A stretch of 64,000 nucleotides of DNA from the NCBI RefSeq assembly GCF_001194135.2, contig NC_068992.1:13768984-13832983 (forward strand). The letters run 5' to 3'. This DNA comes from Octopus bimaculoides (lineage: Eukaryota). The translations under genes and the position numbers were made by a program. A model generated the notes under the pieces. The model was not told the DNA's origin. It searched no databases and worked only from the letters and a program-made list of their open reading frames with translations. Shown piece after piece: positions 38,930 through 51,361 of this stretch (position 1 is its first letter; each line of letters opens with the position of its first letter).

Positions 38930-39330
38930 CTTCCTTATCGGATACTTACTGGTCGACGAGCGATCTTTCCTCTTCTACCCATTCGTAGTCGCCAAGTCGA
39001 TGCAAATACGTAACAAGGGTACTTCAACATATTTGGTGTTATCCTAAAACATCTTCTGCTCTAGAACAAGGGTTATTTTCAACAATTCTCTTAACAGCGC
39101 GAAGACACCTGTCAGGAGGTCAGGGTTGGCCAGAGCGGGAAAGTGTTCAATTCTTTTCTTTGCTGGGAAATTTGTACAATAGCTCCGTCGACTATGGTAA
39201 CAATCTGACACTGGCCAAATCCACTCTCAGGGTGACTTACGATAGGCTCTCTTTAAGTATCCAAAATTTCTTCTGCAAATGTTGTTCGCAGCATGGATAG
39301 TTTCTATCAGCAATCAATATACTGTAACCT
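38930..39330 (-). mobile_element. Tc1-like transposase N-terminal (HTH) relic
   Basis: Reverse translation TLSRSGQP*PPDRCLRAVKRIVENNPCSRAEDV...STLVTYLHRLGDY (cf. RSGRP...R.L.R.V..NP...A......STV.RYLH.LGY). Confidence 0.6.
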
Positions 39331-39506
39331 AAATGGAAAAATGATAATACGTGAACAGGTCTGAGGCACCAAGGTTTTCATATTTACTTTTGTCTTGTGT
39401 CACAATAGATAAAACATCTATCTACGAATCACAAGGTTCCCGGTTCCACTACCGGCGAGACATAGGCGAATGTGTTTTGATATAGTTTCAAATTTAAAAG
39501 CTTTAT

Positions 39507-39895
39507 AGGAGTGGCTGCGTGGCAAGACGTTTGCTTCCCAGCCACATGGTTTCGGGTTCAGTAGGCTTCGTGACACCTTGAGCAAGTGTCTTCTAATATA
39601 GACCGCGGTCCACCAAAAGCCACGTGAATGGGTTTGGTTGACGGGAACTGAAAATAGCTCATGGTGAGTGTGTGTGCGTTCGCGCGCGTAAGAGAGAGAG
39701 TGTCTGCGTGTTTATCCTTGTGTGTATGTATGTGTGTGCTGTGTTTTCTTGTTCCATCATAACAATCGGCAGTCTTGCAAAAAAGAGATCGATAATCGAT
39801 ATGGTAATTACTGGGTTCGATATTTTTCGACTAAACCTTTCAAGGTGATGCCTGAACATTGCCGCAGTCCAATGACTGGAAACAGTTAAAGATAA
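39507..39895 (+). mobile_element. SINE family D, diverged, internal (TG)-rich tract
   Basis: AGGAGTGGCTGCGTGGCAAGACGTTTGCTTCCCAGCCACATGGTTTCGGGTTCAG..GACACCTTGAGCAAGTGTCTTC...TTGCCGCAGTCCAATGACTGGAAACAG. Confidence 0.85.
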
Positions 39896-39897
39896 TA

Positions 39898-39928
<31 letters not shown>

Positions 39929-40186
39929 NNNNNNNNNNNNNNNNNNNNNNNNNNNNNNNNNNNNNNNNNNNNNNNNNNNNNNNNNNNNNNNNNNNNNNNN
40001 NNNNNNNNNNNNNNNNNNNNNNNNNNNNNNNNNNNNNNNNNNNNNNNNNNNNNNNNNNNNNNNNNNNNNNNNNNNNNNNNNNNNNNNNNNNNNNNNNNNN
40101 NNNNNNNNNNNNNNNNNNNNNNNNNNNNNNNNNNNNNNNNNNNNNNNNNNNNNNNNNNNNNNNNNNNNNNNNNNNNNNNNNNNNNN

Positions 40187-40239
<53 letters not shown>

Positions 40240-40961
40240 TTAAAGTATAATTCCTTTGGGACTTTACCAACTCATATTTCATTATTCTATTTATCAAATA
40301 ATGTTTGTTCTCTTCAGTTCAATTGCAAACAGTTACTCATTTCATTTCTTTGTTCTCCGTTCTATCATATATATTCCTGTATCGACTTTAATATTAAAAG
40401 CCCAACGGGAGAATACGGGGGTGGGGGTTGAAATGGACTTGTGAATGTTTTGAAAATTGGTAATGCAGAAATTGTTATTTGCAACGTTTTGCGTCTAAGC
40501 CTAAAATAATCATCGCTCTAAAGCTAAAATACACATAAATGTAAGTAAATACCGATGAATACCAAAAATACAAGAATTTCAGTAATAGTGGGATTTTTCG
40601 CAAATGGTTCGTAATCTACTGGCACCGAATTCAAATACTTCAAATATATATGTATGTCTGCCTGCTGAAAATAACAGTCAAATCTCTTATTTAAATCCCT
40701 AAAATTACACTACTGATACCTACAAAAATCAACCGAAAGCAAACTATGTTAATAAAATCTCTTGACCTACATTTAAGTATAAGGACTCACGTGGACCGGT
40801 TTCTGTAGTGGCAAAATAAATAAATAAATTACCTTAACGTCATCAACACGTGTTACCATTAAAAGGGACCCCCAACTACCCGTGTTGAAATCTGCGCTGC
40901 AACTGCTTCGTCTTACGCTGAAATCAAATTAGTCTACTTGTGAAAAACTCTACTCGCTATA

Positions 40962-41274
40962 CAGGGGCAAATAATTCGCAAGGAAAAAATATAATCATCG
41001 AAAATTAATTTGCTAAGATATTATTAATTTTGTTATCATCTGGAATTACTATTTTAAAAAATGATAATAACAGAATTAATAATATAGGCGATTGCAGACC
41101 CAAGGAAAGCATTAAATAGCTGAAGGATTAAAATTAAAACTATATATATATATTATTAATTCTGTTATTATCATTTTTTTTTAAATAGTCATTCCAGATG
41201 ATAACAAAATTAATAAAATCTTAGCAAATTAATTTTCGAGAATTATACATTTTCTCGCAAATTATTTACCCCTG
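40962..41274. mobile_element. Fold-back MITE (Tc1/mariner type), about 125-bp TIRs, TA target site
   Basis: TA|CAGGGG...CCCCTG|TA. Arm 40962-41086 is the reverse complement of arm 41149-41274, around a spacer of about 62 nt. Confidence 0.9.
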
Positions 41275-43182
41275 TATATATATNNNNNNNNNNNNNNNNN
41301 NNNNNNNNNNNNNNNNNNNNNNNNNNNNNNNNNNNNNNNNNNNNNNNNNNNNNNNNNNNNNNNNNNNNNNNNNNNNNNNNNNNNNNNNNNNNNNNNNNNN
41401 NNNNNNNNNNNNNNNNNNNNNNNNNNNNNNNNNNNNNNNNNNNNNNNNNNNNNNNNNNNNNNNNNNNNNNNNNNNNNNNNNNNNNNNNNNNNNNNNNNNN
41501 NNNNNNNNNNNNNNNNNNNNNNNNNNNNNNNNNNNNNNNNNNNNNNNNNNNNNNNNNNNNNNNNNNNNNNNNNNNNNNNNNNNNNNNNNNNNNNNNNNNN
41601 NNNNNNNNNNNNNNNNNNNNNNNNNNNNNNNNNNNNNNNNNNNNNNNNNNNNNNNNNNNNNNNNNNNNNNNNNNNNNNNNNNNNNNNNNNNNNNNNNNNN
41701 NNNNNNNNNNNNNNNNNNNNNNNNNNNNNNNNNNNNNNNNNNNNNNNNNNNNNTATATATATATTTATATATATATATATGTATGCATGTATGTATGTAT
41801 ATATGTATGTATGTATATATATGTATGTATATGTATGTATGCATGTAATTATGTATATGCAGGCATGTATATGCCATTGTAATATATATATCCATGTTAG
41901 GGACAACATAGCAGGAATAGGCGCCGAATTAAACGTTTATGAACGTTTGTATGCTTCCATGCAGAACGTATGTATGTTTGCATGTATGCTTGCATTTATG
42001 TTTAGTAAACAATGTGTGACGAGTCAATGTGATAATACACCTAATTCCATCTTAAAGGAACAAGTTCTGCGACTAACCACAAGAAAGTAGTTGTACCACT
42101 AACACCATTTAACAAATAAGTAGTGACTTCGCTTCGATGTTAGGGAACAAACAGCTTCACTAAATACAATCTTCATCTTTGTGACAAGGAGCGGCTATAC
42201 TGATTTTTCCACAATGGAGCTTTCCTATCGTAAAGTATGTCATGATAAAATGAAAATAAAATATAAGTAAATATTGTTATTGGCATTGTATGTTACTACT
42301 TGGTATTGTGTCTAACTTGGTATTATAGAATTAATGAAAACTTGGTAGTTTCTGGAAGTACTGCAAAGATATTTCAATGCAAGAATGACCTGTTTCATGA
42401 ATTTTGTATGAGATAAATTATTTCTTATTCCCATTTGTGTGGTGAAGAATATAAGATGAAATGAGATTTCATTAGAATCTATACAAAAGTTACTTTATTA
42501 GTATTTGGTTCATTGCTGGGCCGTATCTTTTCTTATGTTTCTCATTTCATATGCCATCACCGATTTTTCCCGGTCTCTCAAAAGAAAAACGAAAAGCAAT
42601 TAAAAAAAAAGATTTGCATACGAACAGAATTGTACTTTCTGTCACACGCCCACACACGCACACAAACGCACATACACAGTCACAGATACACACACACACG
42701 CACACTCAGCACACTCAGCACACTCACACACACACGCACACACATATATANNNNNNNNNNNNNNNNNNNNNNNNNNNNNNNNNNNNNNNNNNNNNNNNNN
42801 NNNNNNNNNNNNNNNNNNNNNNNNNNNNNNNNNNNNNNNNNNNNNNNNNNNNNNNNNNNNNNNNNNNNNNNNNNNNNNNNNNNNNNNNNNNNNNNNNNNN
42901 NNNNNNNNNNNNNNNNNNNNNNNNNNNNNNNNNNNNNNNNNNNNNNNNNNNNNNNNNNNNNNNNNNNNNNNNNNNNNNNNNNNNNNNNNNNNNNNNNNNN
43001 NNNNNNNNNNNNNNNNNNNNNNNNNNNNNNNNNNNNNNNNNNNNNNNNNNNNNNNNNNNNNNNNNNNNNNNNNNNNNNNNNNNNNNNNNNNNNNNNNNNN
43101 NNNNNNNNNNNNNNNNNNNNNNNNNNNNNNNNNNNNNNNNNNNNNNNNNNNNNNNNNNNNNNNNNNNNNNNNNNNNNNNNNN

Positions 43183-43216
<34 letters not shown>

Positions 43217-45713
43217 CAGAGAGGGAGGGAGAGAGAGATATGGCGAGAGACGCAGAGACAGACATACACACTTATATACAGTTATATGCACATACATGAA
43301 AATGAAGATGAATTGTTTAATTTACATTTGTTCTTTATTTTTATTTCAAATGGTGAGAAACCGTACTATTATTTTCAAGAATAATATGTCATTCCTCAAG
43401 GTGACATCTCATCTGCAATGATGCATAAATTACATATATTAATATTATCTGTTGTATTTAACTTTTAATAATTTGATTTGAACCTTGATTACCAAGAGAA
43501 GCATTCTCATCATCGAAGTTATTTCAACACAGAAATTTAACGTAGGTAATGAACTATCAAATTTAATATATTTAAATCATTAATCTCCACATTGGCGATA
43601 ATTGCTCCCATTAATATAATATTCTTCCAAGCAGAATAAAATCGTGCTATAATTTGATACCCAGTTACACCGAACACGTTTGCTAAAGTGTGCTATTTTT
43701 ATTTAAATATATTTGGATTCAGAAAGTTCAGCACTCGCGAACGAGACAGGTTTTTTGCGTGTAAAAAAAAAACTAAACAGTTATTGAACGCGGATAGTGA
43801 TTTGCTGATACTTGTCACGTCTCTTTCAACTGGCATATCTTATTTTCTCTCCTTGCTCTCTACTTATGGAGTTGAAATCACACCGGTTTTAATTATATTT
43901 AGTTATCAACTATCAGAATTTGATTATTTAAGAACCGGCCTCATGCTGACTTCATTTCAATTAACTAATTACATCACCTAAAATATGTCGCAATTTGCAA
44001 ATCCAAGACATCCTCAGCAAATCCATTAATAACTTTCTGATAAAATTGGATTACCAATGATTGATTTGACGAACCTCCAATGGTAAGTTGGAAGATTGGG
44101 GGCGTTTTTCAGTTAATTATATTGCAACGGGCTAACAGATAATGTAATCAAATTACATCTGTCACATGGAATTAAAAGATATATCGCATATTCTACGATA
44201 ACAAAAATCGTAGATTTGTAGCATAATCAAGTTTAGTTTTTTACATTTTATTTTATTATTTTATTAATTCATTTCTAGTTTTCAGTTTCTGAAATGCTAC
44301 GTTACTGCACTTTAGAGAAGCGTAATAAAAATTATATTCGTGCGGATCTTATTTTTTACCTCTGGTAAAGTATTGCAGGTAACCATTTCTATATTTAAAA
44401 AAAAGTAAATTTGCTTCTTATTATCATGGGAGCATTTTCAAAACATCAACCGATTTCAGTTGAGTTTGCACTCTTCGCTTTGTATTATATTCTTTTTCAT
44501 TTATATTCCGACTTTTGTGTCCTTTTGTCTTTTTTTCTTTTAACGTTTTTGTTTTTTTATTTTTTTGTTACTATTCATCTATCTTTATCACTGAAATCGA
44601 TTGGGGATCTGTATCACGAGGAAATGAAATAAATGATTCGTTAGGACAATGGCTAAACATCTAAATATGACAAATAATTATCTCATGAGAGGAAATGAAT
44701 TAATTTCCTAATATATGAAAAAGAAAACAATATAGCTGTTTGTGTCATTTTTATTTGATTTACTAAATTCTGTAGTGACACATTGTAAAACATCCATTTC
44801 CGTTCGCAGTCATGGTTTGATTGGGAATTAATATATTTGTCTAGTTGGGCTGCAAATACTATGTAAGCGTTAGCTGTATAGAAAACTTTCATGAGTTGTA
44901 CATTTCCATCTGTTTCTATAGCTACATATAATCTTTGATTTGGTGTTTCATTAAAATGAGATAGCTGCGTTATTAATAAATCCTGGTTTAGAAATTGCGA
45001 AGATTAAAGTAATTTTAAGATTTTCTTTGAAGAAATATCACATCAACTTATCTATACCCTGTGAAGATCGTCATTTCGCCTAATAATCATTTGTTCCCAG
45101 ACAAAAGCCGGATGCTGAAAGTAGATACGTTGATAGGTTGTTGGACGAATGTCGGAAAATAAAATTATACACAGCAATATTAGACCAGACCGTCATATTG
45201 TAAGGTAATGTAAACCAATTTCATGTAATATATATGTAATTCTGACTTTCCCTTGTGTTGCGAAAGGTTCCTTCTTTCTATCTTTCCGTGCACCAGTAGC
45301 ATAAAAAATATGATCATTTTGTGATTAAACACACATTGTTCTACTTAATGAGTAGTCGATAAATGCCCAAATATAAGACTTAGCATGTCCACTAAAGTGC
45401 TAGCATAATATATGATTTCATTTGATAGCAGATTACAAATGCCATGGGTTGTGGAAAAAAACAAGATACGTTTATCGAAGTAGCGGCCAACAAACTGTGA
45501 AATGGTCCGCTTCCTGTTCTTTTAGCACATAAATAGCATAGAAAGAAAGTCATTATATTCTTCTTACACCTACTATGAAGCCTTCAAATAACAATTTTTA
45601 TTTAAGTTCTAATTTATATTCTATTGAGCATAATACATTGTTTAATTAATTTTAAAAAAACATGCACAAATATTCAAACTACTCTACGAATGTGTTACCC
45701 TAATTCTAGTTAA

Positions 45714-46022
45714 GGTGCGTGGCTTAGATGTTAGGGGTCTGCGGCTCACTGTCGTAAGGTCGTTAGGTGGCTACGCGGCGGCACGTTGTATAATTGAACA
45801 GGACACTTTTTTCACGTTGCTTCAATCCACTCGGCTAGCAAAAATGGGTTGTACCTGTATTTCAAAGGCCCCATCCTGTGTCACGCCGAATCTCCTTGTT
45901 AACTATGTTAAGGGTACGCGTGTCTGTGGGGTACTCGGCCACTTGAAGGTTAATTTCGCGAGTAGACTGTTCCGTAGGTCGTATCAATTGGAACACACGT
46001 CATCGTAACCGACAGAGTGCCA
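45714..46022 (+). mobile_element. SINE family B (tRNA head + CORE-like), full length
   Basis: GGTGCGTGGCTTAGATGTTAGGG..GAACAGGACACTTTTTTCACGTTGC..GTCATCGTAACCGACAGAGTGCCA. Confidence 0.88.
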
Positions 46023-46025
46023 CAT

Positions 46026-46400
46026 GGCGCAGACGTGGCTGTGTGGTAAGAAGCTCGCTTCGCAACCACATAGTTCCCAGTTCAATCCCACTGCGTGGCA
46101 ACTTGGGCATATGTCTACTGCTAATAGCCTCGGACCGAATAAAGCCTTGTGAGTGGATTTGGTAGAGGGAAACTGAAAGAAGACTGTCGTCTGTGTGTGT
46201 GTGTGTGTGTGTGTGTCCATCATCGCTTGACAATTTCTGTTGGTGTGTTTACGTCCCCGTAACTTAGCGGTTCAGGAATAAGAACGATACAATTAGTAGT
46301 AGGCTTACAAAGGATACGTCCTGGGGTAGACTTGTTCGACTAAATGTGGTGCTCTAGCATGACCGCAGTCAAATGACTGAAACAGCTAAAAGAGAGAATA
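46026..46400 (+). mobile_element. SINE family D (OR2-like), full length
   Basis: GGCGCAGACGTGGCTGTGTGGTAAGAAGCTCGCTTCGCAACCACATAGTTCCCAGTTCAATCCC..(TG)n..GACCGCAGTCAAATGACTGAAACAG. Confidence 0.92.
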
Positions 46401-46657
46401 AAATAATAATTCTACACTGTTCTACATAGTAGGGAACTTATGCTACCGACAACAATAAAAAAAAAAGGAAGATAGGTTCGTTTTCCCTATGATATGGTCC
46501 ACAAATCGTGAAATAGTTCGTCAGGAAGCTGTCATCCGCTGTTTTCGTCACACAAAACAGTATACATAGAAAGTCACTAAATTTTCAAACAGTTATTGTG
46601 AGATTTTCTCATATTTTACTTTAATTGTTTCTGATTTACATAATATTTTGCATTCAC

Positions 46658-46979
46658 TGGCACCCCGTCAGTTGCGACGACAAGGGTTCCAGTTAATCTC
46701 ATTAGCAGAGCAGCCTGCTCGTGAAATTAACACGCAAGCGGCTGAGCACTGCACAGACACGCATACCCTTAATGTAGTTCTCAAGGAGATATCAGCGTGA
46801 CACAGAATGAGACAAAGCCGGCCCTTTGAATTACAGGCACCACTTATTATTCCAGTTGAATGGCCTGGAGCAACGTGAAATAAAATATCTTGCTCAAGAA
46901 CACAACGCATCGGCAGGAATTGAACTCACGACCTTAGGATCGCGAGCTGAATACCCTGACCACTAAGCCATGCGCCTCC
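46658..46979 (-). mobile_element. SINE family B, full length, inverted relative to 45714-46022
   Basis: On +: TGGCACCCCGTCAGTTGCGACGACAAGGGTTCCAG...GCTCAAGAACACAACGC..AATTGAACTCACGACC..CCACTAAGCCATGCGCC. Confidence 0.9.
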
Positions 46980-48686
46980 ACATCTTCTGGTATTTATATG
47001 TGTACGTGCGTGTTGTGTTTTGGTATATGTGTGTCCCTTTGAGTGTAATTATATTTTGCATAAATACTGTTTTGCTTATTTCGTCTGTAAATGAACGTGT
47101 CATACGCTCGCATGTTTACAAACAACTTACAAATAGAAGTTACCGATTGTAAACATGTTGGTATGATATCAATATGTCCTCCGTCTTCGCATGCTTGTAA
47201 GAAAGAATTCCATGCGCTACAGGAAACGAATTACCGATTTATTTCATGTATATATATATATATATATATATATCTAATTTAAAGAAATATAATATTTTTA
47301 ACATACCTCAGTATCCAGAATTTAATTATGTTTGAAACGACATTATAGACCGTCTATTGTAACTATCATGTTGAAATAGAATGTTTTGCAAATGAAATCA
47401 TCGTGAGAGATTTTTGTTTTTTTCATCGGTTTCATAATGGACTAAGCAAGACGTGTAAACTTTCAACAAAGATTTACACTTATAACTTAAGTCAATTTAT
47501 TTCGGAATACGTAAACATTTATTCTAGAAAACATTCTCATCTGTATCTACGCATGGAGCCGCTGAGCATTGCAGATTATGTTGTAAGTATATGGCATGAA
47601 GATCCGAGTGGTCATTTTCAACCTGAGTAGAGTCTTTTTCAAACTGAGTGGTCCTTTGCAATAAATAGCTCAAATATTTTTCGAGATGTTAACTATTCTT
47701 GTTATAAGAAATATCACATACTCCGCAAGGTCCCATGGACGCTTACACTAAACTTCCTCGCCAATATTCTTAATCAAGTCACAATATATATCTTATATTC
47801 ACTAGCAGAATAGAGGGGGAACATCATGAACGATGAACTAAAAGATATGTAAAGCTGAATGTGAAATTATAGTGTTGTATACTGCAATCAGGTTCCGTTC
47901 AGAAAAACCATAACATATAGAAGATATGCACCCTGAGCAAGTCATCGCTTCCCCTTGTTGTGTTGAATCATAATGTATGATCGTGGTTTATTTAAGGGGA
48001 AACAGTGCAGAAACATGTCTGCCTGGGTGTGGATGTTGATTTTCTGATAGAGTACATTGGCGAAAATTGTAAGCATCGGCGAGAAATAAAAAGTTCTTTT
48101 TATTTTTTTAAGGAAGACCCCCTAAACTTTTCTGCATCGAGTTAGACATCCAATCGTCACGCCTGCCACGTGCAGAACAATTTAGTGATTGTCCCATTCG
48201 AAACCTCTTACAAAAACGGTGGTAAAACATCAAATGAATTAAGGTTGAATGTAGATTTATTGTGTTTAGATCGAATTCATTTCATCTGTCAATTCACAGC
48301 CCAAATTTGATGGAGTATTAATGTCCCTACTCATTTTGCTTGTGTCATACGCTAGAATTGATGTAATAGAAAAAGTAGATTCTCTGTTAACTGAGAACAA
48401 TTAGTTGAAATCTGCTCTGCAAGCTACTTGTTTGATTGTACGTAACTGAGTCAGATATTCATACACCGAGGTAACAATTTACAGTTGTACTGAGAAGAGC
48501 ATTATCGCTGTGAAAACAACGTCCATTCATGAATATATTTATTTATTAATTTTTTTTAAATACATATTTTACCTGTGAATTTGCGTGTGTAAACTGGGAA
48601 TGCATACAATGAACTTCTCTGCCCTAGGTGTACAGAAAACACTCGGCAAGAAATGGAAGAAAATTTGAAAGAAAAAAACCCACATA

Positions 48687-48707
48687 ATAATAATAATAAT
48701 GATATTC

Positions 48708-48759
<52 letters not shown>

Positions 48760-48800
48760 CAATAATAATGATGGTGATGATAATGATAATAATAATAATA
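48687..48800 (+). repeat. Interrupted (AAT)n microsatellite
   Basis: Direct reading. Confidence 0.95.
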
Positions 48801-48974
48801 GGTTTCGAGATAAAAGTGGAATATGCTTCCTGTATAGCTTATCAATTTCACGTTTGAGTCATTTCAACACTCTCATTACAATGTATATATATATATATAT
48901 ATATGCATGTGTACGTACATGAATGCATACATGCATACACACACACTCACACATATATAGGTATATGTATATAC

Positions 48975-49036
<62 letters not shown>

Positions 49037-51328
49037 GTAAATATTAATACATGCAACAACACAAAGACAGACATTGATGCATGTGTATGTGTGTGCTGCG
49101 CAAGTGTGTGTGAATGCATGCGCGCGCGCGTGTGCATGTGTGTTAGTAAGTAATAGTTTCATTACATTCCTTTCATATAACTTTACTTTTAATATTTTTT
49201 CACGTAGTTTCTCTCCGAGTTTTTCAATCATTACTTTTCTTCTTAATTTATGACAAGGAAATTTGATTACAGTTGAAGTAAGCGTTACGAGAATATAATT
49301 ATCATTATCGATGAAAAGGATGCGTATACCAATTAATATTACAAACTAAATTTCAAATTATACTAGTACCTTTTATATTTTGTCTTATCATTAATGGTAC
49401 AAACGATTTCAAACCAAGATTTTAAAAGAATCAAGAGATTCTATAAAGTGTAAACTTTTATTCCTCAACTAGTAATAACTGCAATTTAAAACAAAGTTTT
49501 ATGGCCATGTTATGTTTTTTTTTTCTCTTTTATAAAAGATTGATTTTTATATGATGTTAAAATTGATTTTTATATGATGTTTAATATATATAATTGTATT
49601 TTCTTTTGATAAGATTTGGCTTAACATTTCGTTGATGTGAGAATACGTTTCCACAAATCATGGAGAAAATGAATAATTATGTATTGGGATGTGTAATTAT
49701 AAAGTTTCAAAGTTAGTTTCCTTTAAGCATTTAGGAAGAATTACTTCAAGTGTAGTGTGAACGTATCGAATCTACACATACATATCAAAAGACGCATGTA
49801 TATAAACCACATACTCACATATATACCCACATATCCACAACGTACAAATACACCGACATTTAGATGGGTATCGTTACAAATATATAGTAAATATTGTCTA
49901 AGTGGATATTAACCTTTATTTCATTCCCCCTTTTCTTCTCCGCCCTATTCTTTCTCTCTGTCTTCCTCACATCAATTTATATCTAGTTATCTGTCAAGTC
50001 CCAATTGAAGAAATAAATTAGTTGTGGCTCTGTCCGGTGATTGATTCATGGCCCATTGACATCCGATACCTCAGCCGTTTAGATCTAGCTAACATTTGGT
50101 TTGTTGTCACTCACTTTAAGGATGCGTAACTTGAGGTATTTTTTCTCAGAACTAAATTTTTAATCACCTGACAAAAGCGAACGGTTTTATATGATGTAAT
50201 CGTTACAATAGAATAAAACATGCATATAAAACAGCTGTCGTGAACCTTTAACTCATTTGTTATCTAATTTTATATATAGAAATACGTATGTAATTAGAAT
50301 ATAAAATTACACGCTGTTATTTGTTCTATCGTTAAGTCAAGGACTGTTTTCTAATATGACAATTCCCAAGGTTTTCTTCTCAACATAATCTGTTTAATTA
50401 CTAGATGATGTTGTAGTGCGATAGTAATCCATTGAATGAACTCACTAAAACGAAGAACAAAAAAGAAAACAAATTTGTCTCAAACACACACATAGGCTCA
50501 TACGCGCGCACACACACACACAATACCCATTCATGTACAAAAACGTAATGTTTTATCAAACATTCCTAAAAGCAAACCTTTTGAACGCAATCTTAGCAGC
50601 AACTAAATTCATGCTCTGTAGCTGTAAAAATTTGGACGGTGTTTCAACCTCTAGCATATATAAGAAGTTTCATAAAAAAAAATAACATCAATATTGAACA
50701 TCCGAACGAGTTATTCTGTCTCAAAACATCTGTGTAGTAGCATGGAAAATATCTATGAATCCCAATCATGTTCAGATATCAACTTCCAAAAAGTCGTCAT
50801 GTATTCTGAACATGGTGAACGTCGCTCTTCAAAAGTGTACCGAAAAGACTCGTTTAGACCACTGCCAAGGTTAATACGTCTTTAGAGAAGATCTAATTAA
50901 GAAAGGTTAAATGAAAACCATATATATTGTAAACAGTATAGAGCAATGGAATCGTTGCCGTCAATGAAACTGGGAATAACAAAGTAGAAAAAAAAGAAGA
51001 GGATGCTGAATAGTGGCGTCTGAAATTTGAACGAGTTTCGCAGCTTTATTACTCGTTTGATTACGAATAATCTACCTCAAACATTATAAAGCACGGACAT
51101 GATAAATGAAAATATTAACAATGACGATTAAATAACTTCGGAAATACGCACTGCGAACTGAAGGCGGTTAGAAAGACGTAGAGGGAAAGAGAGAAAGAGA
51201 AAGAGAGAAATGGAGATATATCTACAATCGTGTATTGATATATACACATGTACGCATATGTGTGTTTCTGTTCTGTGTGCGTATTCATATGCACACGTAC
51301 ATACATACATAAATACATACGTACATAT

Positions 51329-51361
<33 letters not shown>

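Noticed and set aside
49537-49582. Short direct repeats (about 23 bp here; ATCTGAGATAAGCA x2 near 56530-56560)
   Set aside because: Ordinary slippage duplications with no further structure.
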